Assembly: GCF_009834535.1 (NCBI RefSeq)
Contig: NC_045697.1
Location: 85,128,001-85,192,000 of the forward strand
Source of the DNA: Camelus ferus
Lineage: Eukaryota
Length of the DNA stretch: 64,000 nt
Reading direction: 5' to 3'
In this document: one piece after another, positions 51,909 through 64,000 of the stretch
Layout of the letters: each line of letters starts with the position of its first letter
Numbering within the stretch: the first letter of the stretch is position 1
Notes under the pieces: generated by a model
What the model saw: the letters and a program-made list of their open reading frames with translations, nothing else
Databases searched by the model: none
Told to the model about the DNA's origin: nothing
Made by a program: the position numbers and the translations under genes

Positions 51909-54900
51909 AGCCAATGATGGCAATTCCATGTCCTCTGCAGTAATGGGTTTAGACTGGAGCATGTGACATGACTGTGGTTGCTGAAGAGAGTATGTCTGCC
52001 GGGGATTCGGGGAAAGACCTCTTCTGTCTGCTGAGGCCGACCGTGTCCCGAGGTGATGCCTGAGCGGCTGCTCAGGACCTGGCTGACGACGGAGAGACGG
52101 AGGACCTGGGCCACTGCAGGCCTTGTTGAACCACTGCATGGACCAACCTCTGAAATTCTTGTCATGGGACTATAGTTAAAGACCTTTTAAGTTACACTTT
52201 TCGTTACTTATCATGAAAGCCTTCCCTGTCTTCCACGTCTTCCCAATCGCATCATATTCCAACAGTCCTAGCCCAGGGACAGAGTGCTTCTAGCTCAGAT
52301 TGAAGCATGACACTATATATCAATGAACAAGAAACTGAAAGTCAGTGGGTGGCTATTAAAAGTGATAACATACAACACAGTCTAAGAACCTCAGTCTGAA
52401 AATGGAGGCGAGGGTTCTTTTGGACAGCAGCATTTTTCTTACACACATAAAGGGAGTTCAAAAGGAGCTGAAAGTACATTTGCTGATAAGAATTCTGAGA
52501 ATATGAGATCTGTGCATTGTAAAAAATGTTCTTTGTAATCTTTGGAAGAAAATGAATGCTGGTCAAGTGAAAGTATTATTATTTATCTAAAGGGAAACTA
52601 TTTTACTTCCCCTGCATAATGTTTGTTTAGATTTATTTTTTTTCTTAAAAATCCTATAAAAATAAGACTAACCATATGAACAGGAAAATTTTATAGTAAG
52701 GAAAAATTATGCTCACTATCTTAAAAATCACAAATCAAACTTTGAAATATAAATGCAAATTATATAAAAATAGAAGGAAAAGAAAAGAGAAGGGAAATAC
52801 ATATGGTCAAAAATATAGAAGAAATACACATACACAGACAGACATTTATACAGTGTCCAAGGCAAAAATGCTGAGTTTCAAGTAACAATCCAAATGGAAG
52901 CCAATTATGAAAACAGCTCGTCAGAGCTGTGAGAGCACAGGCTGGTAATACAACTGCCTTATTCTCTCATCACATATTGTCTTCAACATTTTTGGTTGTT
53001 GTATCCCCAAAATGTACTACTAAAAATCAAAGTATGTCTCACAAGTTGAACACAGCCTATCTTGTTTTTGCATGTTCCATGGAGCTTCATTTACTAGTGG
53101 GATGTTCCTAAAAAAAATCTGTAGTCTCAGACACAGGGATTCACCACCAAAGGCAAATTTAGGAAGAAAAAATATTAACCACTTCCTCTAAAAAGGTTCT
53201 TTCCTACATTTGAACTAGCATTTTAAGCTTACAAACCCATTAACTTAAATGTTTCAAGCTCTACTGACAAGTGAGCTGACAGCAATCAAGATAATTCCCA
53301 TGATTAGATGATGATGTAATCGAGGGTAAATTTATCAGCAAAAGTTCCCCATTCGTATTGAGCAAGACATTGTGTTAGGACCTGTGGGAAACACAAGGAG
53401 GTTTGAAATGCGCTCCTTGTCTTCAGGGAGAGTCCACAGATCTGCAGAGCAAAGACAAGGCAGGTGGAGTGGATGGAGTTGAGGTGTACTTGTCCATCAA
53501 CCTTAAGCTTCTGTGGCTACACAACTTGAAACACAGTATTGAGCCCATACCAAATGTCCCTGTCCACTGAGGGGGCATACTATAGGGGTACAGAGGAGGA
53601 GGTGAAATGAGAACTCAGTACAGTCACAGACTCTACATTTAAGAGGCAGATCCAATCAGTCCACAGAGACTTGATTTAATTCAACTTGCCTACTTCCAAA
53701 AATAACAAGCACACTTTCTGACATATGTGATGGTGGCAAGTGTAATCCATCTTGAATAAAACCGTAACGTTTATTCAGAGGTCTGTAGGAGAAAGGAATT
53801 ATGTAAATGCACAGCCTTAGAAAAGGGATATCTAATTCTAAAGGAATAACATACTTATCCCATTACACAATTTTGAAAATAATAAGAACACAGCAGAAAG
53901 GTGCTATCACACATGCAACTAATTCAACCATGGCCAACAGAGCAGTCATTTCCGCCAAGTTCATGTCAACAGGTGAAACAAAACCATCAAGGAGTGGGCA
54001 GAAGTCAGAGGAAATCATATCATCAATATAAATTACATCTCTGAATCAACACACTGCACAGATGGCAGGGAGCTAGTAGCAGAAACCTGCCCCTTTCAAG
54101 CCTCGAAAACACTGAGAAAAACAGCCTGTCTATTTGCACAGGTGAGGATTCCATAGCTGTCCTGGCAGAGATCTTGTTATATTTGAATGTACTCGAGTCA
54201 TAAAATGTTTTGACAAAAAGTAAGTCATCCTAAAATGTTAAAAAAAAAAAAAAGACACAACAGGATTACTGTAATAGTGGGATCATTTTTGTGTGCCAAA
54301 TTTGAATATCATGAACATTTTTTAATCCCAAAGGTAACTGCAGAACATTATTCCTATTCATAAAATGAGCATCTTCACTCTTTAGCATTTTTATCTGATA
54401 CAGTTTTGTTCAGTAAGTAAATCTGAGCTCAATCTTCTTTCACAAATGGGTGAGTTTTTGTGAAAACTTCTGGGAATCTCTGGTGGTACTACACAGACTC
54501 CAGCAGGCTGATGTGACTTCATACCTTCCCTGGAACACCAGTCCCTTCAGAGCATGCTAACGGGTAAGAGTTGCCAGTACAATCACTAGTTTGTTCTCTC
54601 TCTTTTTGTAAGTACAGTGGCAACGGTTTTTCTACTAGTAGCCAGATATTGTCTGAGTCAAACCAACATAAATAATATGCTTGGCGGAAGATGCAGTTAC
54701 CATAATTCTTATTTTGCACGTAAAGGAACCAGGCCATGATGAGGCCCACATGCTCAGAGAGCGTTCAGTGGGGGCATGTGTTTCCTTCCTATCAGATAAA
54801 GTACAGAACCAATCTCCAAAGACCCCCCTGCAGACAGGGACGAAAACATACACCAGGCTTCCCAAGACACAACAATGAGGCTGGGGAGGGGAGCAGTCTT

Positions 54901-56164
54901 GCCTAAGAAGGAACAGCCATGGAGCACGCAGAGCCGCAGCACTGGCAACGGCTCCTGACAGGACAGATGTCGGAGAGAGCACTCATGTCCTGCCAATGGG
55001 GGAATGGAAACAGAATTTAATACTTAAAAAATTCAAAATTCAGGCACTCAGTCATATACTACTTGGTGATAAACTGTCCTGCATGTTAAAGACTATATTG
55101 TAGATGGAATGTCATTTTTTGGGCAATGATTTGGTACACTGCTTACATGTCTAAAAACACATGTTAATTTTAGTTCCTTCACTTCTGTTGCCTCTACAAA
55201 GCCAAATGTATGTAATAGATCAGTCAGGCACATCCATTTCAGCAAAACGTTCACTGTAACTTACACGGGCAGAGTGAACCGAATATGTTCATTCACTGAA
55301 TAGAAAGTTGCTGCAACAGCAAACTCTGTGCATAAGAAAGGTGCTTGTGTCTACATGTGTGTACACAATACATGCACATACAGGTATGATGTGCACGGTA
55401 ATGACACAGGTTTGAGTTAACGTAATTCAGATTAAGTCAGTGTAATGCACATGGAGACTAGTCTGAGAAGCCTCTAGAACTGCCCCACTGATGTGCTGGC
55501 TTTGGGGGCTGGGATCCAGCTCGCCTCTGGTATGAATACTCTGGGTAGGTTGAGACCTGGGTCAAGCCCAGTGCCACAGGCTTTAGAGGTCTGCAGCCAC
55601 GCACTCAGGGAGCCTCCAGAGAGGTCCTAAAGCTTGCGGCGGTTCTCAAATGTCTTCACTTTTTGCTGAGGCAGAAAATACTTTATACTCTGAAAGTACC
55701 ACGGAGGAGCTTCAGACCATCGGTTTTCCATCATTATAAGGATCGGTTCTCGGACGAGTGGTTTATGTCACTCACAGCTTGCCCGAGCTCGACCACTGAC
55801 CCTGAAGTGAGGGGCTTCAGATCTGATTACCAGGCCCCAAAGCCTCTTGCCCATTCGCCCTGCCTCACACTTTCCAGAACACCAAGTCTCAAATCAGTAA
55901 TCTCTCCTATGCAAGTTACAGTCCGGCGTCAAGGCCACAGGCAACCAGCGCCATCATAATCACTGTAAATCAGGGTTTACAAAGGCAAAGAAAAACCTTA
56001 GGAACACAATCATCTCTCTGATACGTCTTTAAAATCTTATACTATAAACATTAACATATAAGTAACATTTAGTGACAAAAATGTATTTGAGAAACTGCTC
56101 TCAATTCTAGTTCCTGTTATTTCTATTTACAACCTCAAGCATACAGTTATAGAGGAAACTAAAC

Positions 56165-56345
56165 TGAAAAAAATATAAACATTATATATGTTTATAATTT
56201 TATTTATAACATTATAAATATCATATATTTATTTTTATATATTTAGAAAATTACACAATTATATATAATTTTATATTTCTATCACATATAAATTATTTAT
56301 CACATAATAATATATGTTATATATATTACATAATATAAATATTCT
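56165..56345. repeat. AT-rich low-complexity tract
   Basis: About 180 nt of almost only A/T with degenerate (TA)n and ATATAAT units. Confidence 0.85.
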
Positions 56346-57989
56346 TTCTGATTCTGTTTCTACACAATTATGATTTCAGAGAACAGTTACATTTAATAGT
56401 ATCCAAAAATTCATAAAAACAAAAAACTCCATTTGTTTTTTTTCCTTTAAGTGAATGCCTGCTTTCATTTTATGAGCACATGACATCATAGAACTAAGTA
56501 AAGCCATTTTTTTTTGTACAAATTCATCTTACCCTTTCCACCAAGCAATATCCACCCCCACATATGTACTCTGCCCAGTGTTGCATCACAAGCATGGCAT
56601 CAACCTTTTAATATTCGTACTTAGATACCTTCCAGAAGAACTGAAGTCACAAGAAAGGGCAGCACCCACATTATACAGACTTCCCATAACGAGGAGAGAA
56701 ACCAAGTAGAACATATATATGAGAAATACACTTTGACTGGAAAACAGCCATATCTGTGACAAAAAATAATTCACAGTTGAGAACAGAACTGAAAATGAGA
56801 TGAGACCTGAAAGAAAAGAATGGAATTTTACATGTTTAAGTCAATGTTAAAATGTTAAATAAAGACATGTTAAAGCAGCACGTTGAAACATTCCTCAAAA
56901 GCAGCAGAGCTAATGCCCACTAGAAGCTATGCATTGAGGACCCCAGAAGGATGCAATTTTCTCTCTAATGACCCATAAGTGCTACAGAGAATAAGGACTT
57001 AGTCTTGGATAAAGTAAGAAAGAGATAACCAGAGCCTCCATTTTTCTCAGGGGAAGCAGGTTTTTACTTAAATCTAAATATGGTTTGGGTCAGCCAAACT
57101 GTAAACAATACTCATGTTCTTAGAACCACTAACTGCCTCTTCCAGAATGAAAAAGAAATCAAAGAATAAAGCTTCTTTTACGGAGAAAAAGGGACCATCC
57201 ACTATGATAATTTAAATTGAAACCAAAACAAATACCTTGTATCCTAAAAGCCCTGTTTCCTTCATGAATTTAAGAATAAATTTCACTGTCAGACAGAGAA
57301 ATACTGAAATCAAAGCATTTAAAAAGTACTGACAACCTCCTGGCGATGAAGGCAGCAGGACTGAGGCCTGACAGGTCCTCCAAAGCCACGCCCACAAGGC
57401 CTGACCACTGATCCTGTTACCAACTTGCTGCGTGACCTTGGAAGTCATTCTTGGCCTAAATGGATCTTCCTGGAAAAACACTATACGCAAAATAGCTAAC
57501 TTCAAAGATCTGAAAGGTTCTTAACATTGAAAATGCTGTTTTAATTTCCAATGATGCAGAGAATCTGCAACATGAGGGATTTAGGTAAAATGTGAGGAGT
57601 AAATCTCCTACATGGAAATTTCACTTATTAAAATGGATTGCAAGGGACATGAAATATCTCTCCCTGGTGGCTTTCAAAATATTAACAATATTTTCCTTAA
57701 AATAGTTTAAAAAGTACAAGTGAAGGAAAAAAGCCTGTAGAGGTCATAGTGGTACTGTTGGATAATTTTCTATGAAGGGTGCCTTTGTGACAGTCATGTT
57801 GGGGCATTTCTCCAGCCAGACAGGACAGCATGACTCCTGGGGACCTTGCAAAGGGCGGCTGGCAGGGAGCAGTCCAGTGGGCCTAACGAGCTTCTGTAGC
57901 AGTATTCTTAGAATTTTTTCAAAAGACTGGTTCTTGCACTGTGGTACATAATCCTTAGAACATCCCGGCAGCTATACACACGGTAATAA

Positions 57990-58195
57990 AGAATGAGGTC
58001 TTCAGTGAGGAGGAGATCTCATTTCCAGTCTTTGTGCTGCTCAGTACTAGTCGTACAACTCTGGACAAACTACTTATTCTCTCAAGCCTCACTTCCCTTG
58101 TTTGTAACATAAGATATTATATCTATTTCATAGGATTTTGCTTATCAAAATGCTTGGCCCATAGTAAGAATTCAATAAGGGTACTTAATATATTA
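57990..58195 (+). mobile_element. MIR SINE
   Basis: ctggacaaactacttattctctcaagcctcacttcccttgtttgtaa...tgcttggcccatagtaag...tcaataa. Confidence 0.7.
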
Positions 58196-59789
58196 ACCTG
58201 CTTTCTTCTATGTATTATCAAAATATGTATATGAATAATGGAATTAAAAATTGAAAAAGGCACACAAATTATGAAATATAACTGAGGTGATTTTATAAAG
58301 AAAGGAAATTACATACGAACCTCAATACAGCATTGTTCTTGAAATCTATTAATGGGACCCTAGATAGTCGTTTATTTCAGATTCTTACGATACTTTAGTA
58401 ATTTAAATTCTCTGAATAGAGCCCAAGATGAATATTAAACTCTGTTTCAGAGAGAAAATCGTATAGAAGTGTATTACTTTCCTAAAACTAACAGCATCAT
58501 TGTTTTTAAAAATTAATTGCATATTGTCTATCTTAAAAACAAAGAAAAATTCTCTTTATGCATTTCAGACAATATCTACTTTCCTTTAAATTTTGAAGTA
58601 TGTTATTAATGTCTAAAGATAACATAGTGGTGGCGAAGCAGCAATCAGCTTAAATGCTAAATATTTATAGAGTTTGATTTTAGCTAAATCTGCAAACTGT
58701 TCTCCATATCCTCTTTGCCGATACACCAAGTTCACAAAGGAGTTCAGCAGACAGCCCTGAAACACCTACATTATTACTACAAACGGGCCTACCCCCGCCA
58801 AAGAGATGATGTTCTCTGACAGCACTCTGCCCCCACCCCGGCCCCACCAGGCACAGTTCAGTCAGATCCTGGTTCTGCTTCGACAACGTGTCAGGTTTCC
58901 ACTGCGGGTACCGGGGAAAGGAAGACGGCTGGACTAAAGCATCACTGACTTAGCCCCATGATAACTGACACTTGATGGCCAGTTCAGCAAATACCTAATG
59001 ATTTCTTACTATTTAGAAAGTCTCCCTTTTTATGGAAAAGATACGTAAATATCAATAAGGATAAGTATAAAATTCTAAGACATACAGCTACATTGCTGAA
59101 TGATCAAATGAATAAATGAACTGAGCTCTAAGGGGATAAAATAAAGGAAAGAAAAACTATGACACAGAAGTGAAAATGACTGAGCTAATACAGTACAATG
59201 AATGTGTCAGTAAAAGATGTCCACGGCAGAGGTGACAGGAAGAGCTGCAGAGAAACTGATGTCTGACCAGGAGTTTTAAGGAGAGCTAAGATCTCTGCAG
59301 GAAGAAGGATGGGGGGTTGGGGGGAAGATGACAAAGAAAGAGGCCAGAAAACAAGGGCATTTTATGTGTACCCTCAAGAAATATCGAAGCAGATGCAGAA
59401 AAATGTGGTGAGCTGTGGACGAAGGGCCTGCAATCAATACTGGCCGAAGCCCAGAGTTTGTCTGTGCGCTTGGGGAGGGAGGGGCTGGACGGGGATCACG
59501 GCAGGTGGCGTGGCTGGGAGGGCGAGGGCACCTCGGGCCAGTCTGGGTGCCAGTCTGCAGGCAACGAGGAGCCACTATGGGTTCGGTTTTGTCGTCTTTA
59601 GTAACTGAGACACTTCGAAGTTGACCTTTGTAAGTACTGTCCCGGCAGCCATCCGTGGGACGGGTTAGACTCAGATTTCTTAAGTTGTGTTTTGTAGAAC
59701 ACAACCCTCGGTGAGATGTGGTATAAAACACACACACACAGACTCTCACTCGCTCACTCTGCTCAAATGATGTTGGCAAATGCTAGGTT

Positions 59790-60060
59790 AAACAAACTAC
59801 ATGAAGTATCTTTGCTGCTGGACTTCCCAGAATCTGCCATACGTGTCCAGATCATGGAACTCCAGGAGGAAGACAGCATGTGTGATTGAAACGCTGAACC
59901 CCTTCCTCTCCCTCAGTGGTGGTGTCCCTCTTTCCCCCTGGCTCTCCTTCAGCCTCTTTGGTTGCTCCTTTTTGGTTTCCTCTGGGAGGATCTTCTGCTG
60001 CTCCATCTTTTCTTCCCCCCATTCTGTGGAGACTTCAAGAGTGAGTTTCTACTCCTGCAG
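59790..60060 (+). mobile_element. L2 fragment
   Basis: gctgaaccccttcctctcc...tccttcagcctctttggttgctcctttttggtttcct matches the pyrimidine-rich L2 ORF2 3' region. It explains the chance ORF at 59797-60006. Confidence 0.55.
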
Positions 60061-61249
60061 ACTAAACTTCCATCCATGTTTCTCCTGACACCTTGCCTCC
60101 ACCCTTCTTCAGGATGAAGGAGGTACCCCTCCTCTGAGTGTTTATACCCCCCTGGGACTACTTCTCTCAATGCCCCTGCCATGCTCTATCTGATCATCTC
60201 CCCTGACCACCAGAATACTCAAGGGCTCAACCTTTTGCTTAAGCCTTCCTTGAATACACAGCACATACCACAGAAGCTGACGCAGAATTTAATTAGGCAA
60301 CTGAGACCAAATGTATGCTCTCCTCAACCTTAAGTTACAATTAGAAACATACCACATCTGTCAAAATTTTTTTCTTTAATCAGGAGTTCTCTGTATATGC
60401 AAAAACTGTTTGAAGTCATTGTTACCAAAAGTTGAATAGAAACTGTCACAGAGTGCTCTAAGATAAATTCCTTTCTTTTTAATTTTTAAGACATTATGTG
60501 AGGTAATCAAGAAAGGCCACATGTCATCGTTAAGTATTTGCAACTTATAACACAGGGGTCTGATTTGATTCCTATTGTTCAGGATAACAGCAGCATAAAT
60601 CAGTTAACCAAATATTCCACAAACAATCCTTTCAAATGAAGTTCTGTCTGAATTTTACACTGCTCATAAGCTCAAATAATAATGAACTCAAAGCTTCATC
60701 AATATCTCATGTTGATGCCAGCTGTGGTAACAGTCCCTCAGGGTAATGTGACAGATGGGGGAGAAAAGGCACTCCTATGATATATGTATTTGTGTCACCG
60801 TACCTTTCTGGAGCAGAAAAGAGTGGATCAGTTCAAATGCTGAAAAGAGCTTTCCCGGCAGGTTTGGAAGGTGGGTAGGAGGCAGAGCCATCTGACTTTA
60901 CGTAGCTGTTTTACTCCTTAGTCTAAAGCAGTGGGGAAAACGGGAGACCGAGTGTCGACTAGGAAAAGGCCACCGGAAAAGGCTTTTGCCGTTTCTCCAG
61001 GGATGGTTTGCCTGTTGAGTATTTGCCTGAAACACTTCTTGTCCCTGTCCCAAACTATCTGGGGAAAATAGTGAGAAGTTACTAGCAGACTGAGGAGAGT
61101 CCACAGGGTCACCGAGCGCTGAGGATGACCACAGAACAAAAAACTCTCCAAGGTCTGAGAACAAAGCCGCTTGACAGTGTGAGGCTAGTACTGGCCAGCA
61201 ACCAGCTAGAAACAAAGCACTTAGCAGGGCCTGAAAGAGCCAAAACTCT

Positions 61250-61516
61250 GAAGCCACTGACCTTTACGGCTTCTCAACAGCCCTCAGGGTGAAGTCCAAA
61301 CACTTCCATCCAGCACCCAGAGAGCCTTCATCACCCGTCCTCTGCTCACCCTGGAAGCCTCCTTTTTTAATTACACCCTCTCTAACCTTATCCTTCACAC
61401 GAAATGACCTGAAACTCCCAGGCACCTTGCACCCTATGTTCAACCATGCATCCCTGGCACCCAGTACAGTCCTGGCACAGAGTAGTCTTAAATAAATGCT
61501 TGCAGAAGAAATGAAT
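61250..61516 (+). mobile_element. L2 3' fragment
   Basis: gccctcagggtgaagtccaaacac...cccagtacagtcctggcacagagtag...aataaatgcttgcagaagaaatgaat. Confidence 0.7.
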
Positions 61517-62429
61517 TATCCTGTATCCTGGGATCCAAGAGGGACAATCTTCAGATCAATGGGCACAACCTCAAAGCCTTGGTGCTGTGATATACTGTGA
61601 ATGGTTGTCAAGTGGTTTCTTGTTAATAAGTTTGCACATGATCTACTTGCTTTTTGACAAATGAGATGAATTTTAATGTTATCCCCTAATAACATGATCA
61701 TTTGGTTTCCATCCCGAATGCTGTCTTCAGTGAGCAAGTAAGCAGCAGGGGTTCGGCTGAAGCTCGAAGAACTGTACGCAGTCCATGCTGTGGCCTGAGG
61801 CACACAACCCACCTGAGCCTCCTCTGCCAGGTGTGCCAAGGCAGGTAAAGGGGTGGGAATGGCTCCATCATAGGACCACATGCCCCTGCCTTCCCTCCTG
61901 GGCAAACAGACCTCTCAGAGCAAAGTCTTTAAAGCCAGATGACAAAAACAGTCCAAGATGGGGCAGGGAAAAGCAGGCCCAGTGTATATGAACACAGTGC
62001 ATCGAGCACTGAGGTGTACAGGCACCCACCCCTCCCTAGTCAGAGAGAACTGGCTCTCACCCACTGTCACATGAGGGAACGCAGAGATGCAGATGTAACA
62101 GATGACAACCAACACAAGGAAGGAGACCACCGTGAGCCAGGAGCGCGCCACGCCAAAGCAAGGGGACCTCAGGACTAGGCTTGGTGCCTGGTTACACACT
62201 TGGGACCCAGGGTTTTCCTGCTCCATCACTTTGCACACTTGTTACTATTTATTACTTAAAATAACCTTTCCTGGTGGACACAAGGCAGGGCCTGTGACCC
62301 TGCAGTTTCTAGCACATAATGGGCATATTGCAAATAAATGTCCACTGAGTAGACACACTCTTGTCTTCTCAGACCTTCAGAGTATGAGCAGGAATTGCTG
62401 ATTAAGCAAGAATTACACTTATTATGATT

Positions 62430-62745
62430 AACAGACTCCAAGCTCCACTGAGGGTAGGGACAATTTGTTGATTGTTATATTCTCAGTTCATAGCATGCTG
62501 TAGTCATTTACTAAATGTTTGTTGAATAAATGAATGAATGCATTCATATACTGTATTTAGCTATATGTTTGCAGAGTTAATTTGGTAAATTAATATAGTT
62601 TACTACTGATATAATTTAACTTCATTCATCCAAAAATTTTGATAACCCACTAAGCGCCAGGCATACAGATACAGAGGGAAAAGAGGTGTAAAATTCCTGT
62701 CCACGTGAAAGTCGAGGTCTAAAAGGAGAAACACATAAACAAATT
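62430..62745. mobile_element. Two L2 3' ends, tail to tail
   Basis: aagctccactgagggtagggac...aaatgtttgttgaataaatgaatgaatg on +, and ttcattcatccaaaaattttgata...ccaggca in antisense. Confidence 0.6.
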
Positions 62746-63524
62746 ATACCAGTAAGTGCATTAAATTCAAAAACTGAGGTTTGTGTATTTTAAAGAGCTG
62801 TGATCGGAAAGTATCCTAATCTGAAAGGAAGCTCTAAACAGGCAGTGACCCAACTGTCTGTCTATTCATGATCGTTATGTTTGAGTAGAGACCACACCCC
62901 GACTGAGTTTGCCAGACCACCAGCCCCAAAGGCAAGAATTACACACCCAAGGCCCCCAGACAGGTGTTATTCGTGATTGTAATACTGATGATAACCCAGT
63001 TTTAGATTCTTTGGTCGTCACCTAACTTTCTAGAAGTATGGATGAGAAAACATTATGATGGCAGTAAGCCTAGTCACCTCAGCCGTCTTAGTGCCACACC
63101 GATTAGAAGGCCTATTTTTTTTAAAAGGAAGTTCTTAATTTAACTCACTTACACAAATTTCAGGGTTACATAAGCAAATTTGCCATCAGACTTTGGATCT
63201 ATGCTATGAATTAAATAGTACATAAGTATCAAGAGAGCCTTAAAGTTCACCTGTTTCTGGGTCTCTGAAATCTTTTTCAGAACAGTGTATGCCTTTCTGA
63301 ACAATCGTATTGTTTTTTAAACTGAATTTTAAGAATTCTGTTTTTCCAATTACAAAATACAGCTCCCATCGCTAAAGGATGACGTTGTGATTCCAACAGC
63401 TAACTTCTGTCTAGGAATGTGTGTTAAGTGCTCACTGTAACACTTTGTCCAGAAGTGTCAATGACTTTAAAATATAGAAGCATACGTCAAAATTAAATAC
63501 CTACTCAGCATTATGTGATATTTA

Positions 63525-64000
63525 GCCCCTGTTCCTGTATCTATTGCTGCATCATAAGCCACCTCAAAACTTTAGTGACTAAAAGAAGTTAGCATTTCTC
63601 ATGGTTTTATGGATTACTGGGGTGCGGTGGGGTGGGGGGAATTGACTGGGTTTATGGATTGGCTGTTACAGAGGCAATGTTCTCTCTTAAGAGTCTCTCT
63701 TGTAGCTGAAGTCAGTTGGCTGCAGCTGAAGTCACCTAAAGGCTCCCCTGGGCTAGGTGTCCAAAACAGCTTACTCACTTGGCTGGCAGTTCGTGTAGGC
63801 TGGCAGTGGGTGTGGGGCACCTCCCTGTGTCCTCTCCACATGACCTAGGGTCCTCGCAGCATGGTGGTTGGTTCCAAGAGACGCAGGCAGAACCTGCAAG
63901 GTTTCTTACTACCTAGTCTCTGAGGTCCCAGACTGTCCCCTCTGCTGCATTTTGTGGATCAAGCAAGTCATTGTGGCCAACCCAGATTCAAAGGAAAGGA
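63525..64000 (-). mobile_element. Old MaLR LTR (MLT1H/J/K-like), running to the window edge
   Basis: tctattgctgcatcataagccacctcaaaactttagtgactaaaa...gctgcagctgaagtcacc...ctctccacatg...caagcaagtca...gccaacccagattcaa. Confidence 0.8.

Noticed and set aside
59276..60182. Longest ORF (167 aa) and its neighbours
   Set aside because: GC-rich patch and L2 remnant have few stop codons, and the peptides show no recognisable homology.

Overview
AT-rich, CpG-depleted mammalian genomic DNA, very probably from a camelid (alpaca, llama or camel), judged from four tRNA-Ala-derived vic-1-type SINEs. The window holds the 3' end of PRDM5 on the minus strand: the penultimate coding exon (41100-40996), the last coding exon (32676-32512, ending ...HGEADS*), an inferred ~3.7 kb 3' UTR ending at a well-formed poly(A) site near 28790, and more than 22 kb of the preceding intron (41101-64000). 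Positions 1-28.7 kb are downstream intergenic sequence. Most non-exonic DNA is old transposable-element debris (MaLR/ERVL LTRs, L1, L2, MIR, hAT MITEs). Element families were recognised by eye, so subfamily names and boundaries are approximate. Almost all entries in the ORF track are chance ORFs. I found no evidence of a new multi-gene system. The best leads are regulatory: a dense AP-1 motif cluster downstream of PRDM5, sense-oriented camelid SINEs that add poly(A) hexamers to the 3' UTR and the intron, a frame-preserving candidate cassette exon, and a strong CTCF-like site.
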